A stretch of 64,000 bases of DNA from Lytechinus pictus (taxonomy: Eukaryota): positions 558,001 to 622,000 of the forward strand of contig NC_087252.1 of NCBI RefSeq assembly GCF_037042905.1, given 5' to 3'. The position numbers were made by a program, and so were the translations under genes. This document shows, one piece after another, positions 1 through 12,466 of this stretch (position 1 is the stretch's first letter; each line of letters starts with the position of its first letter). The notes beneath the pieces were generated by a model. The model had not been told where the DNA came from. It ran no database searches and was given only the letters and a program-made list of their open reading frames with translations.

Positions 1-64
1 TGACATTTTATGTGATTTTCTTTTTACCATCAACGTGATTAATACTGCCGCTGACGTACAGGTA

Positions 65-343
65 ATAGGGAGTTTTCGCGTTTACTACGGAGACACTCTC
101 TACAACTCACCAATTCTTTTTAAAATGCAATTAAAATATCAAAAGAGAGCTATCATCCGAAGATTTGCACCGGACGAACAATTGCAAATATGTCGTTGTC
201 CAGAGTAAAAAGATCCCGATGCTGTCCCGGTACACCAACCTTCGAAAAAAAGCCTCTCAGGTCTTTATGATTTTTAATTGCATTTTCAAAGAAGTCGATG
301 CTTTGTAGAGAGTTTCTCCGTAGTAAAAACGAAATCTCTCTAT
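65..343. mobile_element. Non-autonomous DNA transposon (MITE) with ~80-bp imperfect inverted arms
   Basis: Left TAGGGAGTTTTCGCGTTTACTACGGAGACACTCTCTACAA... matches the reverse complement of right ...TTGTAGAGAGTTTCTCCGTAGTAAAAACGAAATCTCTCTA; no coding capacity. Confidence 0.7.
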
Positions 344-924
344 GGTAAAAGCTGACCCTAGGTTATTTAGATCATGAAATCATAATTATATTCATAAATT
401 CAATTGGTTTCTTATTTCCCCCCTTGATCTTTCATTATGCTACCTTGTCGGTTTGTTGCCCATTTTTCTTTCTGAAGGCGATTAAGGATGCTGTCATATA
501 TCTGTCATTTCCGTATCTGCCCCTGCCCATTAATTCAATTTTTCTGCCTCTTCATTCACTAGTGTCCCCATGCTTACCTTCTTTTTTCCCCTTTAAATAT
601 GTTAATCTCTTGCTCTCATTCTACTTCCTAGATTTTTCATCAAAATCGTCCTTTCCCTTTCCCGCAGCATGCTTTACCAATATTCGTTGTCTCTCTTTAT
701 TCTTTAACTTTTATCTCGCTATGATTTCAATCCGTTAAATCTAAATGCTAATATACAAATATCGGAATAATCACCGTCATCGTCTTCATCGCCGTACTGT
801 TAGTTGTAGAAGTACATGAAGTAGCCATTTGATCATGCTAGTGGCGATAGAATAGTCGTTGTCATGGTTGTTGAAATAATTATATCATCATGATTATTAG
901 CAATACAAGCTTTATTTATTCTTA

Positions 925-971
925 GTTCTGTAGTAGATGTAGTAGTAAAAGTAGTAGTAGTAGTATTAGTA

Positions 972-1028
<57 letters not shown>

Positions 1029-1213
1029 TAGTGATAGCAGTTGTAGTAGTAGTAGTAGCAGCAGTAGTAGTAGTAGTAGTAGTCGTAGCAGCAGTAGTAG
1101 TAGTAGTAGCAGCAGCAGCAGCTGTAGTAGTAGTAGTTGTTGTTGTTGTAGCAGCAGTAGTAGTAGTAGTAGTTGTAGTAGTAGTTGTAGTAGTACAAGT
1201 AGTAGTAGTAGTA

Positions 1214-1257
<44 letters not shown>

Positions 1258-1360
1258 TAGTAGTGGTGGTGGTAGTGGTAGTGGTAGTGGAAGTAGTAGT
1301 AGTAGTAGTAGTAGTAGTGTAAGAAATAGAATAGAAAGTAATATTGCTAGCAGCAGTAGC
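925..1360. repeat. (TAG)n trinucleotide microsatellite, degenerate
   Basis: Long gtagtagta run with CAG/TTG/TGG variants; explains the poly-T/L/Y/V ORFs in the track. Confidence 0.95.
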
Positions 1361-1763
1361 AATAACTTTTGTAGACTGATAGATGTAGTATTTATAGTTG
1401 TATCCGTTGTAGCATGATAGAGGCCTTAGTTGATATTTTATTGTCATTGGGATGCATTTCTATAATTACTCTCTATTTTAAATCTTATAGCATGGTAACA
1501 GCCTTCTTGTGATTGGTTACAGTTTCTCACGTGATAAGAGGTTGTTTGTTTCATTGATTAGTCGAGAGAAAAGAAAGTTTGATGAACTACATTTCGTTTT
1601 CTTGCCCCTAAGACCTCAGGCATAATATGCCAATACACTAATACAGGGGCAAAGGGTCCTTCTACATTAATAAAACAAAATAGTCCAAAAGGAGCTAACA
1701 AAATTATATCTTGTATGGGGAGCCAGCGCCGGAGCCAGATTATTTTTTAAATGGACCATGCTG

Positions 1764-1799
1764 ATTGGTCGATTGGTGATGCATAAATAGCTTACGTCA
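1764..1799 (+). promoter_or_regulatory. Candidate promoter of the Ig V-C1 gene (2x reverse CCAAT, CATAAATA, CRE-like TTACGTCA)
   Basis: ATTGG at 1764 and 1772, CATAAATA 1782-1789, TTACGTCA 1792-1799; a donor-like AAA|gtatgt at ~1988 could end a non-coding first exon. Motif inference only. Confidence 0.25.
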
Positions 1800-2193
1800 T
1801 CGCACAATAAAAATGAGCTCGGAAACATGTGTTCTGTAGCAAACAAATTATGGTACTGCTGGCTGACCATGCAGAAAAAATGAATCAAAATCATGAAATA
1901 TACATTTATTAATGAAACATTTAATAGCTTCTTCATCCAGTCTGCTAGAAGTTAAGACCCAAATTCAAAACGATTCAATTTTGGAAAGTATGTAAAACAA
2001 AGAGGGCGCCCTCATAAGGAGTCGACAGGGGTGACTGCCCTAAATATAGGTGAAAAAAGAAAAGGGAGAAAAGGGTGGACGAATAATGAAGAAAAAAGAG
2101 TATCTAGAGGAGATTACTGCATCGTGCAACTGTATATCACCTCTGCTGAAAATTTAGAAACAAAAAATACTTCATCATTTCCTTTGGTCGTCT

Positions 2194-2220
2194 CATGGAC
2201 CTATTCGTAATAGGTCCATG
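2194..2220. mobile_element. 27-bp palindromic transposon remnant with 7-bp target duplication (P-element-type footprint)
   Basis: CATGGACCTATT-cgt-AATAGGTCCATG flanked by direct GTCGTCT (2187-2193 and 2221-2227). Confidence 0.6.
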
Positions 2221-3667
2221 GTCGTCTCGACCCCTTATTAGAATATCCTTACGTCGAAACTGTGCACATTGTTATATATTTCATGACACTTCTACAACTC
2301 ACTTTTGAGATTTATGTCATGTATGTAATATCAAAACCATTTGAGGTATATTTGAGTACATTTTTTAAAATAAAAAAATATACTCAAACGATTATACATT
2401 ACTCAGAACATTATACATTTTATACACTCTTATACATCTTCTCCAAGTGAAAGCTAGCACACCAACTGAAATCCAGTGGAATATTAATGAAATATCATAA
2501 CCGAATAACATGAATGGTGAAACTCATAAATAAGATCTAAATGACAAGATAACCGATTAAGACTATAATGTATATACTGTGTTACGCCCTTGGAAGTTAA
2601 TTGTTTGATATTAAAGAGCATCAGTTGTCGGTAGTCTGTACTATCATTCATAATTCTTAGAAATGTTAAACATTTATTATTCAGATTGTTACGATAGTTG
2701 TGATATATTGATGTACTTTGAGCTCCAGTGGAGCTGGTATCAAGAAAAAAAGTGGTTCAGTGTTTCTCTTCTCCCCCCCACCTCTGTCTCACTTCCTTTA
2801 TCTCTTCCCTTCTCTCTCTCTCTCTCTCTTTCCCCCTCTCTCTCTGGCCCACGTACACACACACCACACCCACACACACACGCGCATATCAACACACGCG
2901 CACGCCTTTTCCTTTCGGTTCTAAACATGCTAAATAATAATTCGTCCATGTCCAAGTCTATAAAAAAAAATCTGATATGACCGAGCAAATTACTTATCCT
3001 GTGTAGTACCCAAATTGATATATTGTTTTACTGCGCAATTTATCGTACTAGCGGTAATTATTACAGATTGATAGCAGTGAAGCGAAAGCAAAACTGATAA
3101 TTCTGAATCAACCAACTGATATCATAAGCGAAAGTGAAAACATGGGATCTGATTTTCATATTCTGTCCTAGAGTGAGCGATGGAACAGAAAAAACTAAAT
3201 TCATCACGTGATTTCCTTTTGACCGATACCATGCAGAATTGAAGCATGTGTGAATTCTAAATAGCCTTTCCCTTCGTATGTGAAGCCCCTCAACTGTCTA
3301 CAGTCTACTGTGAACTATACAATTAATTTAGTTTTTTGCTGAAATTCCTTCTCTCTTTCTATCTTTTCCTGAGCGCTTAGAGACATGTTTTGTGATAAGC
3401 GCTATACAAATATCGTTAATTATCATCATTATTATTAGCTTTATTAATTTGCATATAAGCTCATTCCACAGTTGTTCAGTTATATTCATTAAATACAAAG
3501 TATCTTTTTACGACACAATTTGAACACAGTATGGCTCTATCTTTGGAATAGAGTGAATGGATATACTGTATGCTATATGCTATATCAATATGACAAAAAG
3601 ATTTAATTCGTTTAGAGGTTTATGCTAACTATCGACATACACTGAAACATTTGTTTTGGTGCATTCG

Positions 3668-4049
3668 ATGTATGTTCAGAGTAGATTTATCGTTATCATT
3701 TGTTTCCTTTTGCTTCACATCTCAACAGACTGTGATGGACAGGAAGTTACAGCTCCCGACAGCACGACATTTTGGATGGATGACGGGTCTGACTCCCTCT
3801 CTTGTCGCGTGATGGGAAGCCCACCACAAGTCACGTGGAGTATTGGGGCGGATAATCTTCTTGCGAGCTGGACCGAAAATGATGGAGTCACATTGCCTAA
3901 AACTGGCGGGAAATACAACATGACTGTGGACGGGCAGGAATTTGATTTGTTAATTGATAACATATCTCTCTCAGATGCTCAAAGTTACACGTGTGCCGCT
4001 GTGGGAGATGGTTCGGTGAACTTTGATGTAGTGGAAGTAAAAGTTTACC
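3668..4049 (+). CDS. Ig receptor exon: signal peptide + V-type Ig domain
   Basis: MYVQSRFIVIICFLLLHISTDCDG|QEV...LSCRV...VTW...FDLLIDNISLSDAQSYTC; donor C|gtaagt at 4049/4050. Confidence 0.85.
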
Positions 4050-7000
4050 GTAAGTTCAAGTTTATTTTTCAATTCCATCTTATGCATAAACAAATACAAA
4101 CATAAATCAAATATGCATCATATTCATTAACATAATATACAACTACAAATCAGATATAATTACAAATCAACTACGGACAATTTATACATATTGTACAATA
4201 GAAAAATCAAAAATTTGTTCGAAAATGACGGGATCCACCAAGGACTGCTTGTACAGCGTGGTTCCCCTATTCTGTTCTATCGCTATCTATTCTAAAATAA
4301 AATTCTAAAGTTACTTTTTAGTCTCAGACTTAGGCCTGAAACGTTAAACATTGTAATTTATAAACCCCGAACTCGCCCTTTCTAACACAGAATGCAACAA
4401 CACTTTCCTATGAATTGTATCATTTACGTTTAGGTGAGGCTAGCGAGCCAGAAATTGAAGAATGTCCGACGAACAACGAAGTCGATGATGACTGCCGTAT
4501 TGACGTCGCCAACGAAACAATCATGACGAACCTGACATGCAGCGTCAAGCATTTCTTCCCTAATGTGACGATCACGTGGTCTTCGACTGGCGGCCCCATC
4601 GATCCAATCAACATCGACTGGCAGCTTGGTGATGAAGGGTGCTACTGTGCGTCCGTTACGATCGAGACCAGTCCGCAAGACGACGCGTACGTCTGCACTG
4701 TGACCGGGAAAGCCCTCCGCGATGAGAGCACGAAATCATTACGAGCTTTGGTGCGGGTCTACGAGGATGGGGTGAAACCCACCACGAGAGACCCGGATGG
4801 TGATGATGGTGGCGACGGTGGTTCAGATAATATCGGTGAGGATATATTTCAAAACGCAAAAGAAACTCGTATGATTTGGATTTCTGTACCTTTTGAAAAT
4901 TGCAAATGAAGTCAGTTTGTATAGTATAATTGATTAACCTAAAACGATAACATAATTACTATTTTGTGAATGGTAGTGTATATCCCTACTATAGAGAACA
5001 TAGTGTTCAACATGAACTTTCACACTGTTAAATTTGAGCATAATGTGTGAATCATGTTTCACGCAGTCAATTATATGAACACATCGTAAGACACTTAAAT
5101 TTGAGCAAATCAACAGAGTGAAATACATCTTCACATAGTCGACAATGAGAACACGCTGTGAACAGTCACACTATAGATATGTCCACAGTGTGAAATTATC
5201 CTGACACTGTTCGGTTTGAGCATTTAACAGTGTCAACCACATCTTTACATGCCCACTATGAAAACACACTGTGGACACAATGTGAACACACTCTGAAAAC
5301 ACTATGAACACACTGTGAACGCAATATGTCACACTATGAACACACTGTGAACACACTATGAACACACTGTGAAAACACTATGAACACACTGTGAACGCAA
5401 TGCGTGACATTCTGTTCCTGCTAGTATATCCTTGACTACAGGAACAGACCCTTGGTTTTGCAATTCGTATATAGTGCATAATTCAGGGTCCGAAGTTAGT
5501 GGGACTAGATTCACTATGTACTGAGGCTCAGGCAGAGAGTTTGGCGTCTAGTCTTAACTCTAGACATGATTTTAATCTAATCTTCCATCTCTATTTCTCG
5601 TGTAGGTATGATCGTGGGCATCGTCATCGGGTGCGTATTCCTTGTCATCATCGTAATCTTCATCATCTACGCTGTGAGAGTTAAGAAGCGTGAACAAGGT
5701 ATATAATCTTTTTCATGGGTTACCCTGTCATGGTATTATGATACTTTATGTTATACTAACATGTTAATTGTTTAATTTTTCATATTATTCCAGACTGTCA
5801 ATCCATGCATATTATCGTCTTATTAATGCCTACCCTATAGATAGTAATTCATTCAATGGCAGCTGCTTTTCCAAAGCACCCAATATCCATATTCTCTATT
5901 TCATTTTAATATGTTAACCATGTGAACGGCAATTCAAACATTAAAATTCAGTCTGTAGTTTTTTTTATGAAACACCTAATTTATATCAAGAATATTATTT
6001 ATTTTCATCAATGATATATGCATTACGAGCTCCCGATGCAATGTCTTTCATTTACGTCTTGTTATAATAGATTGAAAGTTTGAAATTTAAAGGACAAATT
6101 GATTGTTATATTATGAGTATCTAACCAGTTTGAAATATACCTTCCCCTTTTCTCTACGATTATTTAGCTGTGAAGGGAGGTAAAAATTACAAATACACGA
6201 AACATGCTAAACAAGCTGCGACCACGGAGGAAGATGACGAACGAAGAGCGGGCGAATCAAGGACAACAACTGGAAAAGGTATATAGTAAAAAATAATGTA
6301 TGATATGATAGGATATGATATAAGTATACATATAAAAATAGTACGTTGTGGAAGACCGTCACACTCACAACAACTATTAAACATCGTTAAAACTTTTTAA
6401 AATTCCTTCAAAAAGGTAAACAATAGTGTAGTAGGTTTTATGGTGCACCATGTATCTTTCTTGGGCAACTAAACAACTTCTTTAAAAGTTTAGACAATAG
6501 GGGTTAAACATCCTGCTAAAGTTTTGAGCAGCATTTTTACAGTGTAATATACTATAATATAATATGATACCATGAATACACTGATGAAATAATGTTTTCT
6601 ATAGATGATAATTTTGGTGTAGTGGACGAAGTTGACAAGAGAGGCGAGGATAGGACAGAAGATGAAAAGAACGGTATGTAAAGTAGGTATAGCAAATAAA
6701 CTTCTTACACCGTTCCCCGCTACCCTTCCCCCTTAAAAGACCCCAAACCTTTGCCCCAAACCCACATTCACGTTCTCTACCTCCTTTCCACTTTCATGAC
6801 TTTGATGATAGACTGCAAAACGTCGGTGTTGATTTACACACCAACACAGATTCTATAACCCCCAGTGTGTTCACAGTACGTTCACAGTGTGCTTACAGTG
6901 TGCTCACAATGTGCTCACAGTGTGTTCATAGTGTGTTCAAAGTGCGAGCAGTGCGTTCACAGTGTGTTCCCTGTGTGTTTACAGTGTGCTCACAATGTTC

Positions 7001-9186
7001 ACATCACTGTGAGCACACTTTAAACACCGTGTGAACATGTTCACAGTATGTTCACAATGTGCCCACAGTGTGTTCATAGTGTGTTCACAGTGTGTTTACA
7101 ATTTGTTCATAGTGTGTTCACAGTGCGAGCAGTGCGTTCTCAGTGTGTTCTCTGTGTGTTTACAGTGTGCTCACAATGTTCACATCACTGTGAGCACACT
7201 TTAAACACCGTGTGAACATGTTCACAGTGTGTTCATAGTGTGTTCACAGTGTGTTCATAGTGTGTCCACGGTGTGTTTACAGTGTGATGGCAGTGTGTTC
7301 ACAGTGTGTTCACATTGTGTTCAGAGTGTGTTCAGAGTATGCGTTCATAGTGTGTTCTCAGTGTGATCACAGTGTGTTCATAGTGTGTTCACTGCGTTTA
7401 CATAGTGCACATGTGAAAATGTGATTCACACTATCAAAATGTTCAAATTTAACAGTGTGAGAATAATTTCACATTGTAGACACCTCCACATTGTGAATAT
7501 CCACAGTGTGTTCAGATAATGCCAATATGTTATTGTCTCTGTAACGATGAAATCTAACAGTAAGAAGATCATTTCACTTTAAGGACAGACACCTCGGCAG
7601 TTTGGGTGTTCACATTCACATAACAAACTATGTAAAAATGCGATCCACACCGTCAACATGCTCAAATTAATATATTTAACAGTGTGTTCTATACTGTGAA
7701 CATGCACGGAACACAATGTGGTACAAACTGTGAACAAGCTGTGAGATAAACTGTGAACACACTGCGGGGATACACTGTGAATACAATGTGAACACACGGC
7801 AGGACACACTGAAACTAATCATGAACACACTGGGGACACATTGGTACACACTGTGGACACCGTTTGGTACACACAGCGAACACATTGTGAACACACTGTG
7901 GTTCAATGTGTTCTCTCAAGCAGGGACATTAGTATCTAATCATCCTTTTAGCCTCCCTCGTTTTTTTTCTTCTCTCCGCCTCTGGTTGTACTGAAGACAA
8001 TACTAAGCTGTAAATGAAACATGTAAAATGAGAAGCGTATTCTTTTAAACTTAAAGAGGAAGTTCATCCCGAAGAAAAGCTTGTTGTAAAAACGAGCAGA
8101 AAATATAATAATAAGTACTGGAAAATCTGTTAAAGATTAAGAGAGTTATTAGAATTTTTAGTTTTAGATTTGTGACCTCATAGACAAGCAGCTGCTTCAT
8201 ATGTTATGGAATATGAAATTCATGAATTTCACTTTTCAATGGTTCCTGATGACTTATTTTTGTTTTCTTTCCATGGTTGGGTGTAAAATTATTTTTGTAT
8301 TAATATGAATTTTACAATTTTTTGAGAAAATTACATTTCTTTTTTTGGTACCATTCGCTATATAGAAAAGCTGCTCGCATATGACGTCACAAATCAAACG
8401 ATTAAAATTCTAATAACTTGTTAATTCGTTGGTGGATTTTTCTAAAAACCTTCGGGAATATCTATATATTATTATTTTTTTTAATACACTTTGTCAGGAT
8501 GGACTTTCCATTTAAAAGATTGAAAGTGTGCGCTACTGAAAATGTTTGACAAAAACAAGAAAGAAGTTTGATAGTTTGACAAAACCAGAAAAAATGTTAA
8601 GAAGAATAGCAAATATATTTCATCAGTCTTCACTTTTATTTTTCCCCCTTTTTATTGTTTGGACCAAAAAAATCGTCAGTTTTAGCTTCTGAATACGAGA
8701 CATTTATCATACCACTTTGCTTGCAATACTGTAGGTCGTGTGGATTTATTACATAACATATGATGTGAGATCGTGGAGAAATTATTTGAAACTATGCTCC
8801 TGTTAGGTAAAAAAATATCAAAAAATAGAAAATACAGAATTCTTTAATCTGTTTAGGCTGAATAATATGACAGTACCAATTTAGCTCTCCATTTTAGATA
8901 CACTGCAGTTTTTGAATATTCATAACATTTTTTATTTATATATCTTGACCACTTTTCGTTAAAGAAAAATCACTGATATGTCACTAAAGCACCCCTCTTC
9001 GGAAATGGAATCTTCTTTGTTTAAAATCATTTCATTTAATTGATTTTGATTTTATTTCGTTCAGACTGGAGCCCGGAAACGAAAGACAGCGATGGTGGTG
9101 GTGGTGGCGGTGAAAGTGGCAGTGGTGGTGGTGGAGGTGGTGGTGGTGGATCGAGTCATGATGATGGAGGTGGCAATGATGATTGA
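3668..9186 (+). CDS. Type I membrane Ig-superfamily receptor: signal peptide, V-type Ig, C1-like Ig, TM, acidic/Gly-rich tail (392 aa)
   Basis: Exons 3668-4049, 4434-4835, 5606-5698, 6168-6278, 6605-6673, 9065-9186; all introns GT-AG and phase 1; 1179 nt, open frame to TGA 9184-9186. Start could alternatively come from an upstream exon via the acceptor at 3728. Confidence 0.85.
4434..4835 (+). CDS. Ig receptor exon: C1-like Ig domain + stalk
   Basis: LTCSVKHFFPNVTITW...DEGCYCASVTI...YVCTV; acceptor tttag 4433, donor G|gtgag 4835. Confidence 0.85.
4995..5410. repeat. 11-bp minisatellite arm (aacacactgtg)n of a foldback-type repeat
   Basis: Repeated aacacactgtg/aacactatg units; 5180-5260 is the reverse complement of ~7400-7480. 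Confidence 0.8.
5606..5698 (+). CDS. Ig receptor exon: transmembrane helix
   Basis: GMIVGIVIGCVFLVIIVIFIIYAV-RVKKREQ: hydrophobic helix plus basic stop-transfer; phase 1-1 splice sites. Confidence 0.85.
6168..6278 (+). CDS. Ig receptor cytoplasmic exon
   Basis: AVKGGKNYKYTKHAKQAATTEEDDERRAGESRTTTGK; tttag / G|gtatat. Confidence 0.7.
6605..6673 (+). CDS. Ig receptor cytoplasmic exon
   Basis: DDNFGVVDEVDKRGEDRTEDEKN; ctatag / G|gtatgt. Confidence 0.65.
6860..7925. repeat. Foldback-type repeat: (cagtgtgttca)n arm 6860-7520 facing an inverted (aacacactgtg)n arm ~7640-7910
   Basis: Same 11-bp unit in both orientations; includes a ~180-bp internal tandem duplication (gtgcgagcagtgcgttc at 6942 and 7123). 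Confidence 0.8.
8055..8511. mobile_element. Kolobok-like MITE (TTAA target)
   Basis: TTAA at 8051-8054 and 8512-8515; AGAGGAAGTTCATCC...GGATGGACTTTCCAT termini; internal inverted segments; related right-end fragments at ~16745-16915 and ~54410-54555. Confidence 0.6.
9065..9186 (+). CDS. Ig receptor last exon (poly-Gly acidic tail)
   Basis: DWSPETKDSDGGGGGGESGSGGGGGGGGGSSHDDGGGNDD*; strong pyrimidine tract and ttcag acceptor at 9064. Confidence 0.7.
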
Positions 9187-12100
9187 TGGTCGAAATGAAC
9201 AAAAAACATAATTTTCTCATTTATAATCGCAGGCATTCTTTTATCAAACGTCGATGCATGTCTCTTAAAATGTGAAAGAAGGAAAATGGTATAGTAATGT
9301 ATCTTTATAAATGAAACAAAAGTTGTCCCCCGAAAAGCAACATCAGACTGACGGTTCAAATGGTATGTGACGTTTCTCGTTCCGTCTTCATTTCATTTAT
9401 TTCCATTAAAAACATAAGTAAAACAAATACATGCAAGAGAAAGGGTTATAAATATTAAGTATGTTTGTTTTTTCCATTACGGCTTGAAGTCGAACCCGTA
9501 GCCAGGACGGGGGGGGGGGGGGGTCGAACGAAACCCCTAAAATCGTCAAAATTAAGAAAATATGGGATGGAAAGGAGAACAGAAAAGAAAGGAGAAGAGA
9601 TCGAACCCTGTAATCGAAAACAATGGCTACGGGTCTTTGATTCTTTTCTTATAGTTTAAAGATACATGCCTCTTTGATTGATAAAATAATGCCTTAAAAA
9701 ATTCCCAGCTCTCTAAGAAGCATATATAAGTAGCTATACTACCCGAAATTTGCCAAGTTTGTTTATTCAAAGCCCTTTATTGCCCTTTCCTTTCACTTCG
9801 GTGCCTGCCAGTGAATTAGTAGTATATATTTCGAATTCCACTCAGTATTGTTAGCGATAAAAATGTTTTGTTTGACTAATGCTCACATGCACAAGGCAAG
9901 CCACAAGAGGACCAATCATTGATGTTAATATGTCACCCAAATGACGCCCGTGTGCTTTGGTCACTAGGGCAAGTTTGTAAGTAGGTTTAAATAGTTCTTA
10001 GGTCAGAAATGTTTTGATGAAACTGATGCAATTCAATTGATTATAAGATACTGTACGAAATTTAACTCAGAGCAGCTGATTTGGTGTTTTTGTAATTTTT
10101 TTAAAGATAAGATTTTGCTCATAAAATATGCTTGTGCGACACTGAGATTTTAGAGGGTGTGACATCTTGGTGATATTTTGGTATGGAAAATTTGATAATC
10201 CGGGGCGTACACATCTTTAAAAGTAACATTATCCAACAAAGTGAGTTGGCTGCAGCTTCCACGATCCTTGCAATGAGATATCATAATTTTTCTATCAATT
10301 GTAATTATGATTATAGTTAGTGTATTTATCATAACAGTGCGCCTCGGAATAAATTGTTTCTATGTAGATGGCGCTATATATTTATGTCTATTATTTTGTT
10401 TATTCAGTTTTGAAGAAATATTTTGGAGTAGCTAGATTCAGAAGAGCTGGAATGTAAATACCATTTTTTAAGGGGTGTACTCATTTCTGTTGGACATCGT
10501 CTATCTACAATTTACCAAATTTTCAGATTTTTTGTTATTGTAAGCAATAAAAAAAAAAGAATTGTTAAATGTTATAGCCCTGACTCTTCTTCAGCAGTTC
10601 AGCCGAGCTCGCTTTCTATATAGCGCCCTCTAAATGTCGTGACGCACATACTTTAACAAATAAATTGTTGGTTATTAGCAAACACAAACGTGATAAATAT
10701 AAAGGCAAAATGAAAGATGTTTTGCATTAGCGGATGATAAAGATAGAGAGAGTGTGTTAAGTTGCGCGTGCGCGTGTGGGTGCGTGAGAGAGAAGACGGT
10801 GTGCGTACCCTATTTTGTGAGTTTATTTAAATCTGCTTTGCTGTCCAGTAGATTTTGTCATATATGATTTACTATTTGTTTTCCTTTCAAAATAACGATA
10901 AGAGTTTGAATTGACCCATGTCGGTCGCAAATCTTATAGAGCAAACGGATATGTTCTCAAGATCAGGATAATAAGATAATGATTTCTTTTTGTAGAAAAA
11001 ACACTATTTTTTTCTTAAAAATATTCATGTTTATGACTGTGATTACTTTCTTGCTGTCGCTTTTTATGTTTGGTTGTTGTCATCTACTTTTCATCAGTTT
11101 TGGGTGTCATCAAATTTTTGTACTTCGTGTATTTTGTCGCCTTTACGATAAACCTTTCCTACTATTATTACATTTTAGTTCAATTGAGTTTCATTCTATA
11201 AACTGTTTGAACATTCATTACTCAATATTGATTCTACCAAACTATTTTTGAAAAGGATCTTTCATTAAGTAATATTTGTAGTTAGACCCATATTCGGTTC
11301 ATTGTTTAATTACTTTCAATTCGTTCCACGGATGAATTTCAAAATGAATAAGATATTAAATAGTAAAAGGAAAGTGTCGCTGTTTATTGCTTTATGTTTT
11401 GTGCCGGCCGGGTTTTGTGTTGTTCGAATTGTTTATATAAGGGAAGGCAGAAACACACGCACACACACCCACACACACTAAGAAGTAGGGGTGCAAGAAA
11501 GGTGCAACTTTGCAGGAAAAGGAGCACCTTTCACTTGCCACCGCGCATGCGCAGGCCTGCGGCGGGTGATTGGGGTGCAAATTTGAACCTCGCGTATAGT
11601 CTAGGTTCCTTTCACACTCGATCCTTATTAAAATGCTCGCAAAGCTAAACCTGCTCGGCAATGAAAAATACACTTTGTCTTGTTTGTGCGTCTAGCATGT
11701 CTAGTAAACGTGTAATGGCAATAAAACTGTATTTTTACTTGCGGAATTGCTCCTAAATAATGTCGTATAGAGTTGATCTGTTTATAGGGTCTGGGAACAA
11801 TCTATGCTGACATCGTACGTGTTGAGGGGTCTGTGAAATAACAAAATAATTGCATAATTCGAATACTATGAACATGTTATGCTTGTCATGACTGTTTTGG
11901 GAAAAGTGATTGTTAGAAAAGTGGGATAAGCATTATTATATTATATTATTAAGTTTTATATGGAGAATCAGGTCATTTGGTAAAGATAGTAATTTTAGTG
12001 ACTGTTTCAATAAGCTTTTTGTAAATCCTTATATATGGAGAACCAAACGTTGCAATTATAGGTGTGTTACCCCCACACACGATCCACCATTTCTTTCCTG

Positions 12101-12466
12101 TTTGTGCCAATTATTGCGGTATTAAAAATTAATCACTCTGATTATGTGCAGTTGCAGAAGAATTCCGTAACCGCCTGCAAATTTGGCCAACCAGATGTAG
12201 TGGACGGCCAGATACGGTGGTATCCTGATAGGAAAACTGAGGCAAGTTGATTCCGCGGCCGATTAGATGTCACACTGGGTGCACCCTTACGGTGCAACTT
12301 TGTTTCCTTTTGAAAAGGTACAACTTTGTACTTTTCTTGAAGGTGCAAATAATAACCTTTGCACCTTTCAGAGAGATGCAAAGTTGTGTCTTTGCATCTT
12401 GGAGGTGCTTCCAATGTGACAGCTGGTCAAAGTTGAACCTATTTTTCTTATTGTGTAAGTTGTAGT

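Noticed and set aside
833..1447. Long poly-Thr/Leu/Tyr/Val ORFs (also 23533-23907, 24626-25045)
   Set aside because: Translations of (TAG)n, (CTA)n and (GAA)n microsatellites; only 23654-23562 within them is a plausible exon.
3668..4835. Rearranging antigen-receptor segments with RSS (cacagtg-rich repeats nearby)
   Set aside because: V exon is complete with a normal donor; the CACAGTG matches are units of an 11-bp minisatellite without a properly spaced nonamer next to coding segments.
11560..12240. Possible promoter and 5' exons (CCAAT, MKIHFVLFVRLACLV leader-like ORF at ~11660, exon-like 12151-12241) of the nephrin-like gene
   Set aside because: Leader hits a stop, splice phases not convincingly joined, no recognisable domain; cannot be supported without transcripts.
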